A DNA stretch of 26,266 nucleotides. It comes from an uncultured archaeon (lineage in GTDB: Archaea > Asgardarchaeota > Thorarchaeia > Thorarchaeales > Thorarchaeaceae). Below the pieces are notes generated by a model. It saw only the letters and a list, made by a program, of their open reading frames with translations, was not told where the DNA came from and searched no databases. Location: the NCBI GenBank assembly GCA_964473825.1, contig CAYYQL010000035.1, positions 1 to 26,266 of the forward strand, in the 5' to 3' direction. Positions 17,333 to 25,836 of this stretch are shown here, in pieces. How positions within the stretch are numbered: the first letter of the stretch is position 1; each line of letters opens with the position of its first letter. The position numbers and the translations under genes are program-made.

Positions 17333-17914
17333 ATGAGGATTGAAGAGCTCACGAGCAACACAGACGAGGTGTTCGCCGGTATAGCAGAACTGCAAAATGA
17401 GAACGACCTATCTCCAGATGATCTCATCAAGATCGCGATAGAGATGGCAAAGGATGCACTCGCGGTACAGTTTCTCAACCCTCACCACGTTGCAGGCGAA
17501 TTACACCTTCTTGCCGCTGCCCAGAATGCATGGAATGCTTGGTCTGGAGACTATTCTATTGCTCGATCCCTTGATGTGGAGATTATACTCTACGCTTCTG
17601 CACAGAGACAGATCAAGAATGCATTCGCAGCCATGGGACTTGAGGTAGGGCTCGGCAGTGTGGCAGTGGTCGTTATCGCAGAGAGTGAGGACTCTGTTAA
17701 GGACATTCTGAGGAGAATGGAGCAGAGGGTGGGAACAAGTCTTGATGAGCCATTTAGCGTGGACCAAGAACGTCTGGAGAGAATCCAGCTGTTCTTTGAC
17801 ATCACAGACATTGAACTAGACGCAATATCCAAATCGGGCGCGCTGGAGGACAGATGGGAGGCGCTCGTACGATGTGTGGTGAGCCGCGTCTCGCTCGTTG
17901 CAACCGAAGCGTGA
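17333..17914 (+). CDS. cgi121: KEOPS complex subunit Cgi121
   Basis: VQFLNP..VAGELHL..A and IARSLDVEIILYASAQRQIKNA signature. Confidence 0.9.
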   Translation: MRIEELTSNTDEVFAGIAELQNENDLSPDDLIKIAIEMAKDALAVQFLNPHHVAGELHLLAAAQNAWNAWSGDYSIARSLDVEIILYASAQRQIKNAFAAMGLEVGLGSVAVVVIAESEDSVKDILRRMEQRVGTSLDEPFSVDQERLERIQLFFDITDIELDAISKSGALEDRWEALVRCVVSRVSLVATEA

Positions 17915-17919
17915 AGTCC

Positions 17920-18468
17920 TTACTCCGCCTCATCGATCAACTGCTTGATGGAGAGAATATCATCCTCTGACTGAAGAATCGAGAGTCCCGTCCATTTCCC
18001 CACAACTTCAACCCAGATGATCTTATCAGGTTGTTCAAGATCAACGGGACTGGACACGAGCTCAGCAACAGCATCGATGATATCCATAGTGTCAAGCTCT
18101 GTATATCTGCTCCGCACAGTTACTCTGAACTTCTCTTCAGGCCCGATTCTATCTACAAGCGTTTCTGCTGCATCAACAATCTCAGAGATCTCCGATTTCA
18201 CACAACGTTCGATAGGCGTGAACTTAATTGCATATCTGAACTGGTATGGGTTCTCCTCAGCCAGTTCCTTCAGTTGTTCAACAACCTTGAACGGATCCTT
18301 AGATGTCCTCACTGCCAATAGACCGGATATCGGAGTGACATTCGTTTCAAGATCATCATCGCCGATAAGGTCTCCAATGAAATATACAACCTCTGAGCGA
18401 GCGGCGCTCTCTCGCTCTCTCGGTGTGCTTACAAGTAGATTCCAGTCGTGCAGTCGGTGTTCCCTCAC
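17920..18468 (-). CDS. Stand-alone THUMP domain protein (Tan1-like)
   Basis: IKFTPIE, FRVTVRSR and VDLEQPDKIIWVEVVG. The GTG start overlaps the upstream TGA (GTGA). Confidence 0.9.
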   Translation of the reverse strand: MREHRLHDWNLLVSTPRERESAARSEVVYFIGDLIGDDDLETNVTPISGLLAVRTSKDPFKVVEQLKELAEENPYQFRYAIKFTPIERCVKSEISEIVDAAETLVDRIGPEEKFRVTVRSRYTELDTMDIIDAVAELVSSPVDLEQPDKIIWVEVVGKWTGLSILQSEDDILSIKQLIDEAE

Positions 18469-19160
18469 TTATCAGCATATACTATTCGGTTCGTCCAAAA
18501 CTCAAGCGCACCCTCGGAAACTCTGAGGCTCTCGGTCAGACGTTCCATGGAAATCTCGCCCTCACGATAGACTTTGATGTTTGCCGGGGTCCCCGGTTCA
18601 ACCCCGATGATTGTTGAGCTTTTCGATGCCTCGGAGGGGCCAGCATCGATGTACAGGTCCACTTCATCACCAAGTTGTTCTTGTGCAATGGGAACGCTGA
18701 ATGGAGTCGGGCCTCCGTGACGGTTCGCACTTGTACCAACTATCGGGCCTTGAATCTTCGCTGCGATCCCTCGAGGGATGATATGATTCGGTATACGAAT
18801 GGCAATCGAATCCCGCGTTCCCGTGACATTGGAGGATACATCAGGTTTGGCATCAACAACGAGGGTGAGCGCCCCAGGCCAGAAGAGTCTGGTCAGAATG
18901 CTCTCAAGATCGCTGAAATCATGATACAACTCACACTGAGAATAGTCAGAGAAGAGGAGTGGAAGTCCTAGGTTAGGGTCCCGTCGCTTGACCTCAATCA
19001 ACCGGTCCACAGCAGCTTCAATCCTCGGATCACAGGCAATTCCGTAGCTGGTGTCGGTTGGGTAGACAATCACACCACCAGAGAGCAAGATGTCTGCGGC
19101 CCTGCTAACGATGTCTTCTGGTGATGTATCCATTCGGTATTCAAGAGTTTCCGTAGTCAA
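18465..19160 (-). CDS. tsaC: Threonylcarbamoyl-AMP synthase (TsaC/YrdC, single-domain Sua5 family)
   Basis: IVYPTDTSYG, KRR, FWPGALT, IAIRIP, GTSAN and SSTII. At 231 aa it lacks the SUA5 C-terminal domain. Confidence 0.93.
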   Translation of the reverse strand: MTTETLEYRMDTSPEDIVSRAADILLSGGVIVYPTDTSYGIACDPRIEAAVDRLIEVKRRDPNLGLPLLFSDYSQCELYHDFSDLESILTRLFWPGALTLVVDAKPDVSSNVTGTRDSIAIRIPNHIIPRGIAAKIQGPIVGTSANRHGGPTPFSVPIAQEQLGDEVDLYIDAGPSEASKSSTIIGVEPGTPANIKVYREGEISMERLTESLRVSEGALEFWTNRIVYADK

Positions 19161-19276
19161 TTGGCCACTCCCACCTATTCAGCAACAAACACCCATATGG
19201 GCATTACGCTTTTCCCAATGAGTGATTGCCCACGCCAAAAATAGATATGCCGCTCGTCGCACTTATAGAGTGAGGG

Positions 19277-20302
19277 ATGAAAATCCACGCCATAGTTCTG
19301 ACTGCAGGAAAAGGAGACCGTCTTCTTCCGTTTACAGCAGAATATCACAAATCACTCTTCCCGATTCTAGGAGAGAGCATACTGCACAGGCTCCTCTCCG
19401 CCCTCATCGGCTCCGGAGTTGAAAGCATCACGGTCGGAGTCGGATGGCTTGCTGAACAGATTGCGACCCATCTCAAGGGCCTCAGGTTTGAAAAGAAAAT
19501 ACACGTGACACACGTAGAGAACTACGAAATCGGCCCTTTGAGAACCTTCGTCACTACTCTCCAGAGATGCCCTGCTTCAAGGCTTCTTGTATGCCCCGCG
19601 GACCTGCTAGCTGATGCAGAAGTCATCACGCGCTTCTTGAAGAGCGAGAGCAAGACGAGAGCACTAGTCAACATTGCAGTTGATACTGCTGCCAGCACAG
19701 GGACGAGAATCTATGGTGATGATGATGGAAAGGTGGTGAGCCTTACATCAAGTGATACAGCGAGGTACTTGGGCCGTTCCGCTATGCTCCTAGGCGTAGG
19801 TATGGAGTTCCTTGATTATGCGCTTGACTCTCTTCAGAAAGGATACACCACAGTGGCTCAGGCAATCGAACACGCGATTTCTCAGGGAGAGGAGGTCCGA
19901 GGTGTTCTCATACAGGGTGATTGGTTTGATATCGACCGTCCCAGATCGTTGCTGAGCTGCATGAAGCACCTGTTTGATATCACGACAACCACTGATGGGG
20001 CAGACATATTCCTGACACGTGGTGATCTGTTCGAAGTGGGTCAACACATAGAGTTTCCATCGGGAACCGCTATCGAGAAGGATGTTACTCTCAAAGGACC
20101 ACTATACATCGGCAAAAGGTGTCATATATCCACAGGCTCACGCATCGGCCCATATGTTGACATTGAAGACGATTCTAGACTGGGCTCTGACGTCAGACTG
20201 ACAGAGTGCCTTGCCTTCAACAATGCAGATGTTGGTGACGGTACTCATCTAGAACAATCAATAATATGTGGAAACGAAACAATCAGAGATAGGGGAAACT
20301 GA
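19277..20302 (+). CDS. Sugar-phosphate nucleotidyltransferase with C-terminal left-handed beta-helix
   Basis: IVLTAGKGDRLLP...K, WFDIDRP and hexapeptide-like repeats (GPLYIGKRCHISTGSRIGPY). Confidence 0.85.
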   Translation: MKIHAIVLTAGKGDRLLPFTAEYHKSLFPILGESILHRLLSALIGSGVESITVGVGWLAEQIATHLKGLRFEKKIHVTHVENYEIGPLRTFVTTLQRCPASRLLVCPADLLADAEVITRFLKSESKTRALVNIAVDTAASTGTRIYGDDDGKVVSLTSSDTARYLGRSAMLLGVGMEFLDYALDSLQKGYTTVAQAIEHAISQGEEVRGVLIQGDWFDIDRPRSLLSCMKHLFDITTTTDGADIFLTRGDLFEVGQHIEFPSGTAIEKDVTLKGPLYIGKRCHISTGSRIGPYVDIEDDSRLGSDVRLTECLAFNNADVGDGTHLEQSIICGNETIRDRGN

Positions 20303-20916
20303 TGTCGCCCAGCAGATTCAGACTGAGAAGAGTATTCAAGCGGCCAATAGCAAGACTTGCTGCCCCAATGGCAACTAGGGGAGTCAAACCGAACACTGTG
20401 ACCTATCTCTCACTCCTGATTGCTATCTTATCATTTCTCCTTCTTCACCTCCTTGGGTCAGAACCTCTCTACGGAATTGCTATATTCATCATGGGAGTGC
20501 TAGACGGTCTGGACGGCGCCATAGCTCGTCTATCAGGCAAGAGCTCGGAGGTAGGTGCCTTTCTTGACTCGGTCATTGACAAGGTCTCCGAGGGAATCAT
20601 CCTCCTTGCCGTTGCGTTCCATCTTGAGGGACATACAATGTTGGACCTGCGGGCAGAGTTCTGGATTGCCCTCTGCATCTTGGGTTGGCTCCTCACCAGC
20701 TATACCAGGGCAAGAGCGGATAATCTTCGTGTCGAAGACCTAGATGTGGGACTTGGAGCAAGATCTGAACGCATCTTCACCCTCTTTCTGTTTAGTCTGG
20801 TGTCTTGGCTTAGGTGGGGCATAGTTATTGTAGCGATGATGGGGCTTCTTACAGCGGGTTACCGATACTATCACTATACAAGAGAACTCGAAGAGCGTGA
20901 GAGTTCGAGGGAGTAA
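20302..20916 (+). CDS. CDP-alcohol phosphatidyltransferase (archaetidylinositol-phosphate synthase-like)
   Basis: PNTVT, DGLDGAIAR...GAFLDSVID signature, SYTRARA and RSER. Start/stop overlap (TGATG) with the upstream gene. Confidence 0.92.
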   Translation: MSPSRFRLRRVFKRPIARLAAPMATRGVKPNTVTYLSLLIAILSFLLLHLLGSEPLYGIAIFIMGVLDGLDGAIARLSGKSSEVGAFLDSVIDKVSEGIILLAVAFHLEGHTMLDLRAEFWIALCILGWLLTSYTRARADNLRVEDLDVGLGARSERIFTLFLFSLVSWLRWGIVIVAMMGLLTAGYRYYHYTRELEERESSRE

Positions 20917-20992
20917 AGAGAGGGAAACACCATCATACTTAAGAGCAGCCCGAGCTAGGCCGCCCAAGAGCAATTTCGGGAGAACCGAGACT

Positions 20993-21415
20993 ATGGCCAT
21001 ATTCAGGGCAGATCACTATCTTATTGCAGAATTCGATAATATCCAAGACGCAAGGGCAGACGGCGAGAAGGTCCTCAATGCACTCAAGGAACTGGATTCA
21101 TTGAAGGACCTGGCAATTGTGTCGAAGCGCATGGAAGGAAAACAGTGGTCGGAGATTGTCGGTCGTATAGACATCCCAGAGGGCTCTAAGGCTTTCTGGG
21201 CCATGATCAAGAAAGAGGTCAATGATAGAGAGCCGTATAATCTCTTCGTCCGAATCGATGTGAATGCAGAGGCGGAGGACATCGAAGAGGCTCGTGAAAA
21301 GGTCAAGAAGTGGGTCGAGAAGGAGTGGGTTCCCAAGATTGAGGACAATATATCTGTCAAGTCCATCAAAGTTCTCAGACCCGAAGAGATTTACATGCCC
21401 AAACTGGACAACTAG
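20993..21415 (+). CDS. Hypothetical charged protein (140 aa)
   Basis: ATG 20993 with GGGAG upstream and a CTTAAG TATA-like box at 20938; protein-like composition. Confidence 0.7.
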   Translation: MAIFRADHYLIAEFDNIQDARADGEKVLNALKELDSLKDLAIVSKRMEGKQWSEIVGRIDIPEGSKAFWAMIKKEVNDREPYNLFVRIDVNAEAEDIEEAREKVKKWVEKEWVPKIEDNISVKSIKVLRPEEIYMPKLDN

Positions 21416-21523
21416 CTGGTCAGTGTGGCAGGCATCTCCGTGATACTTAGACATGGTCAGACCACTATTCAAGAGGCGGAAAGAAACCGTACGGGTCTGC
21501 GCCGTCTAGGACTGCACAGTCTA

Positions 21524-22534
21524 TTATGAGGGATTCACAGCAATGATATGCAAGTTGTTTCCAACAGCCTGCACAATCTCCATCTTCTTGTCACCTTTCA
21601 AATCACCAAATGCAATGAGTGATTCAACAGCAGACTTCTCTGTCTTCAGAGCGGTATTAGGAACCAATTGGCGACCGTCGAGACTCAAGAGGCCAATACT
21701 CGAGTCCGCATGAGTGACAAGTATTTGGCCGGGGGAAGAAGTGTCATCGCTCACATGACCCATCTTTATTCCTGTCACGGGACTGGGCCCCCTGAGGTTG
21801 TCAAACTGTTCAATCCGTCCCTGAACAATCCCATAGAGAGTGAGGTTATTATCGCATATAGTCACTATCTCATCATAGCGGTCCCCGCTCGCACTCCCGG
21901 CACAGACAAGACTCACCTTGCCTTTCGTTCCAGTTCGAATGGACTCATGAAGACGATCATCAGCGTATCTGTAGATGTAGAGCTGTTCACTATCATCGCC
22001 AAAGACGATTCGCGAAAACGGAACACCTTTGCCACCAAGATGATGAATGGAGAACACTGGATAATCGATGACTTTGTGAGCGAGCTTATCCAGAGCGGAG
22101 TCATACCAGCCAAAACAGCGTAGTGCCTTATCATTGGTTGAAACAATGACCTCTGCATTGTTACTCCCCATGACATTTGTAGCGCAGAGTGCAGTTGGAA
22201 GTGTGCCGAGGGGGCTGCGTGCCACTTCGTTCAGGCAACCATCGTCATAGTGGATTATCCTAAGGGTATTGTCTAGACCGCCGACAACAACATCTGGAAT
22301 GCCATCCCCAGTGACATCACCTACGTCCATCGAGGACACAGGGGGGATATTTTCTATGCGGCATACTTCAGTTAAGGAGGAGAAAGACTCGGATGATAGC
22401 CGCATCACTCTGACATCACCGTTCATGGTTGTGACAACGAGGCTGTCAACCCCTTCATTCGTGAGGTCGACGAAATCCACTGAGGTGATGGCTTCTTTGA
22501 ATGGAATGTCAGCAACCACTTCGAGCTCAGTCAT
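21524..22534 (-). CDS. FG-GAP/VCBS-repeat beta-propeller protein
   Basis: About 7 repeats of ~45 aa with D-x-x-G-D-G-x-x-D/E-(V/I)V cores (DLTNEGVDSLVV, GDVTGDGIPDVVV, GDLKGDKKMEIV). No signal peptide or TM segment. Confidence 0.8.
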   Translation of the reverse strand: MTELEVVADIPFKEAITSVDFVDLTNEGVDSLVVTTMNGDVRVMRLSSESFSSLTEVCRIENIPPVSSMDVGDVTGDGIPDVVVGGLDNTLRIIHYDDGCLNEVARSPLGTLPTALCATNVMGSNNAEVIVSTNDKALRCFGWYDSALDKLAHKVIDYPVFSIHHLGGKGVPFSRIVFGDDSEQLYIYRYADDRLHESIRTGTKGKVSLVCAGSASGDRYDEIVTICDNNLTLYGIVQGRIEQFDNLRGPSPVTGIKMGHVSDDTSSPGQILVTHADSSIGLLSLDGRQLVPNTALKTEKSAVESLIAFGDLKGDKKMEIVQAVGNNLHIIAVNPS

Positions 22535-22691
22535 AAGACAGAAACCTCATTTCGGACGTAAGTCCCTTGAAGTGAGTGGTTCCGAGTACAATTTAAGAGT
22601 TATTCCAATATGGTGGAGAACCAAGAGTACCATCACTCTGTGAATAGAGACGCGCTTAAGTTTCGCCCGTATGACATAGAGGAGACAACAA

Positions 22692-23237
22692 ATGACCTCA
22701 CCGGATGACGAATCGATGCTCAATCGGGACTATTGGAATGTTACTCCCGATGAACTGGCTGAGGAGATTAGGGCATTCTCTAGCGAGTTCGGTTCGTTTT
22801 CACCAGAATGGTTCGTCGAGGTCAAGTTCCATCTCCTCAAGAGCCACGGGCTAGTGAAGGAAACCAGAGATGAGCTCTGTAGCGTTGCAATTGACAGAGG
22901 GCTATGTCCGGACTGCGATCACCTTTACATCGCCAAGAAATGTCTTCTATGGTACAACCTCTACAAGCTGGTGAGCTGGAACATTGTTAGAAGGGCTCCC
23001 CCCTGCATTCGCATAGCTCTTACTAGAAAGAACATCAAGACCGTGGTCAACTTCCTCACGAATGCGAATCTTCTCGACCCCCCGTATTATACATCGAGGG
23101 GAGCTCCGACCTGTGCGAGTATGGAACGGTGGGGCCTCTGCAGTCCAGATGAGTACTGCAAAGCCATGAAGTCAGCACGAACTCTGCAATATATCAAGGT
23201 GAGAGAGAGAGTGAAACGCTCCAGGCCAACCAGATGA
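22692..23237 (+). CDS. Cys-rich protein resembling the primase large subunit (PriL) C-terminal Fe-S domain
   Basis: APPCI...PTCASMERWGLCSPDEYC...LQYI matches the archaeal PriL-CTD Cys pattern. GAGGAG RBS and a CTTAAG box at 22655 lie upstream. Confidence 0.65.
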   Translation: MTSPDDESMLNRDYWNVTPDELAEEIRAFSSEFGSFSPEWFVEVKFHLLKSHGLVKETRDELCSVAIDRGLCPDCDHLYIAKKCLLWYNLYKLVSWNIVRRAPPCIRIALTRKNIKTVVNFLTNANLLDPPYYTSRGAPTCASMERWGLCSPDEYCKAMKSARTLQYIKVRERVKRSRPTR

Positions 23238-23257
23238 GCGTTGATGTCTTGTGACTC

Positions 23258-23265
23258 CTTAAATA
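23258..23265 (+). promoter_or_regulatory. Putative TATA box of HD-domain gene
   Basis: CTTAAATA about 36 nt upstream of ATG 23301. Confidence 0.4.
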
Positions 23266-23300
23266 TCGGTTTCACCTTTCGCAGTGTTGAGTCGTGACCA

Positions 23301-24860
23301 ATGCTCCCCAGAAGGAAACATCAAGGCGCGCTAAAAGCCGGTGAGACGAAAGATGCTGCACTCGGAGATCTCGACATTGAGACCGTGAATCTGATCAGGA
23401 AGACTGGCATAAGGGAGAGTAGTATTGCGGGGGGCGGTCGCGATGAGATGAATCGGGGGATACTCAGGGTGATAGCCGAGCATGAGAGAGTTCTGTCGCT
23501 CAGTGAGAAACACACCCGTCAGAAGGCCGTCCAAGACCCCATTCATGGTGCCATTCTCCTAGAACCATGGGAGCTCGATGTCATCTCTACATGGGCTATG
23601 TTGCGACTCCGTTATGTCATGCAGCTTGGTCCTGCGCACTTAGTATATCCGGGAGCAACCCATACACGTTTCCAACACTGTCTCGGAACTGACTTTCTTG
23701 CCCAGAAGTGTATTCGAGTTGTCAACTATTGTGAGGAGATTGAGACGGCCTGTTTCAGGCCCCTATCAGAGCTATTGAGTGACTATCAGCAAAAAGTATT
23801 CAGATCTGTGGCGATGCTACATGATGTTGGACATCCACCGACCTCGCACACAATAGAGTTTGCACTACTGTGCTGGGCAGGGATCTCGCACGTTGACCTG
23901 GGCGAGTACCTCATTCTGAACAGCGAACTCACAGACGCTCTTGAACAGAATGACATCCAGCCACAGGATGTCGTTTCAGTACTGAGAGGGAGAACCAAAG
24001 ACCCAATCCTCGAGCTGCTGTCAGACTTCGTGGACTCCCCACTTGATATTGACAAGACAGACTACCTTATCCGAGACGCACACTTCAGTGGTGTGCAGCT
24101 TGGGCTCTTTCCAGCGGAGCGCGTGCTTCTGACGAATCGTGTCGTCAAGAACAACGAAGGAAAGTACATCAGAGCGTTCATGTTGAAAGCATTGCACTCG
24201 CTTGAGGCACTTATCCTGTCACGGAACTGGATGTTTTCAGACCTATATTTCCATCACGCGGTGAGAGTAGCAGAGGCTCTGACCAGTAAGGCGACCTACT
24301 TCAGGATAAAAGAGCTTGACCTCTCAAAGAACGAGATCGTGGGCCTCTTCACCCGCATGACAGATGGTGACCTCTACAGATGGCTTGAGGATGCGGAGAC
24401 TGATTTCGTAAGGGAGTATGCGCTCAGAATCAGACTTCGCAGATTGTTCAAGGTGATCCTTGCGCGGCCCCTATCCTCATTTGACCCCTCCACACGCTCG
24501 AAGTTTATTGAGATGCTACATGATATCGACCTGCTGACTAAGACCGAGGAAGAACTCGGGGATGATGTAGGAAGTGTGATCCTAGATGTCGTTGACCCAG
24601 AACTGGGAGAGGAAACACTCGGAAAGATTCCACTCTTGGTGGGCGGTGAAAACACTGGGATGGACATTGTGAGCATCGAGGATGCCGATCAGGGAAGGCC
24701 CATCATGCATGCCCTTCGTCAGCAGAAGAGAATACTTCCCACTGTCAGGGTCTATGCCGATCCAAAGGTTGCCCGAGAAGTACGAAGACGATTTGAGCAG
24801 AGATTCCGGTCTCGCGAAGACGGTCATGTCGAAGATGAATATGATATGACGGATGTTTGA
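23301..24860 (+). CDS. HD-domain phosphohydrolase, SAMHD1/YwfO-like dNTP triphosphohydrolase family
   Basis: DPIHG, RLRYVMQLG..LVYPGATHTRFQH, LHDVGH..SH, DIDKTDYLIRD and YFHHAVR. Confidence 0.92.
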   Translation: MLPRRKHQGALKAGETKDAALGDLDIETVNLIRKTGIRESSIAGGGRDEMNRGILRVIAEHERVLSLSEKHTRQKAVQDPIHGAILLEPWELDVISTWAMLRLRYVMQLGPAHLVYPGATHTRFQHCLGTDFLAQKCIRVVNYCEEIETACFRPLSELLSDYQQKVFRSVAMLHDVGHPPTSHTIEFALLCWAGISHVDLGEYLILNSELTDALEQNDIQPQDVVSVLRGRTKDPILELLSDFVDSPLDIDKTDYLIRDAHFSGVQLGLFPAERVLLTNRVVKNNEGKYIRAFMLKALHSLEALILSRNWMFSDLYFHHAVRVAEALTSKATYFRIKELDLSKNEIVGLFTRMTDGDLYRWLEDAETDFVREYALRIRLRRLFKVILARPLSSFDPSTRSKFIEMLHDIDLLTKTEEELGDDVGSVILDVVDPELGEETLGKIPLLVGGENTGMDIVSIEDADQGRPIMHALRQQKRILPTVRVYADPKVAREVRRRFEQRFRSREDGHVEDEYDMTDV

Positions 24861-25173
24861 GATGCTCTGCCTGAAGAAACAGTCAATTCAGCCTTTCATG
24901 GGCAATCTGGGCCAAGATACGACTGAGCGATTTCATGATTGCAGTCTTCATTAGGATAGTGTGATTCTTCATCCTGATTTACTGCCGTTCAGGAGAGAAG
25001 TAGAAACAACTGCGATTGCTCTTCCTCGTGGCTGAGAACAATTCACACCATATTTCAAGGTCACTCAATCGTGAAACCGGGACAGTTATGAAACCCCATT
25101 GCATCCTATGCGATGCTCTTTATAAATGGGGCTCGCCCGGAGGTAGCATCGCAGGCTACTCAAAAATGGAACG

Positions 25174-25794
25174 TTATGGGGTCTTATCTGGGGAAGATTG
25201 ATATGTTTGAGGGTCTGTTGCAAAGGTGAATCCCGGAGAACGGGAATTGAAACAAGTGACAGTCACTTTTCTAAAAGGTCCAAATAGGAGTTGCAGATTC
25301 TTGCTCCGCAGCTTCCACCTGAACTCCTTTCCAGTCATGCGAATACATGCCTCGTGTTTGAGCCTTGGAGTCTTGGCGGGCAACAGTGGTTCATCAAGCA
25401 GGGTGACCCGTCCGACACCATCTTCGCCCTCGATTTCCAGCACACTTGTCCAGATACGAGTGCTCATCTGATTGATGCACAGGGTCAGCACGTTCTTCAG
25501 CTCAGACAGGCCAATAGCCCCCGTCCGTTCTTCGTTGATCGTGTACTCCTTGAACCAATCCGCAGTGATATCCAACCCGATATAGCAGGTGCGCTCAGAG
25601 TTCAGCTGGGAAAGGTGTACCCCATCAGCACCCAGCCTGAAGACACACTCACGGAGCAGTTTCTCCAGCCCCGTGATGATGCCAACGAACCTCCAAACAT
25701 TGAACCTCCCGAACAACAGATGCTTTACCAGCTGACCTCTCGTGACCAAGGTTCTCATGAGGCGATGTCTTATCGCGAACCCATGATATCCCAT
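25174..25794 (-). CDS. Divergent, shortened PCNA (sliding clamp)-like protein; possible pseudogene
   Basis: FVGIITGLEKLLRECVFRLGADGVHLSQLNSERTCYIGLDITADWFKEYTINEERTGAIGLSELKNVL...LLDEPLLPAKTPRLKHEACIRMTGKEF aligns by eye with PCNA domain 1, the interdomain loop and the start of domain 2. Domain 2 is too short and the start codon is uncertain. Confidence 0.6.
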   Translation of the reverse strand: MGYHGFAIRHRLMRTLVTRGQLVKHLLFGRFNVWRFVGIITGLEKLLRECVFRLGADGVHLSQLNSERTCYIGLDITADWFKEYTINEERTGAIGLSELKNVLTLCINQMSTRIWTSVLEIEGEDGVGRVTLLDEPLLPAKTPRLKHEACIRMTGKEFRWKLRSKNLQLLFGPFRKVTVTCFNSRSPGFTFATDPQTYQSSPDKTP

Positions 25795-25836
25795 CAGAAT
25801 CGGATTGCATGAAGACCTGTTTCACGAAGTATCACC

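Noticed and set aside
23235-23300. The PriL-like ORF and the HD ORF are in the same frame, separated only by two TGA codons, which could suggest a Sec read-through fusion
   Set aside because: It needs two UGA recodings in non-catalytic contexts, a TATA-like box (23258-23265) sits in the spacer, and no SECIS was recognised.
25086-25135. ATGAAA-led hairpin considered as a SECIS element
   Set aside because: The 3' side lacks the GA of the eukaryote-like kink-turn core and the opposing A of the archaeal GAA/A motif, and no upstream in-frame Sec codon is evident.
25291-25812. 173-aa plus-strand ORF
   Set aside because: It is antisense to the PCNA-like ORF, which has recognisable homology; this one has none.
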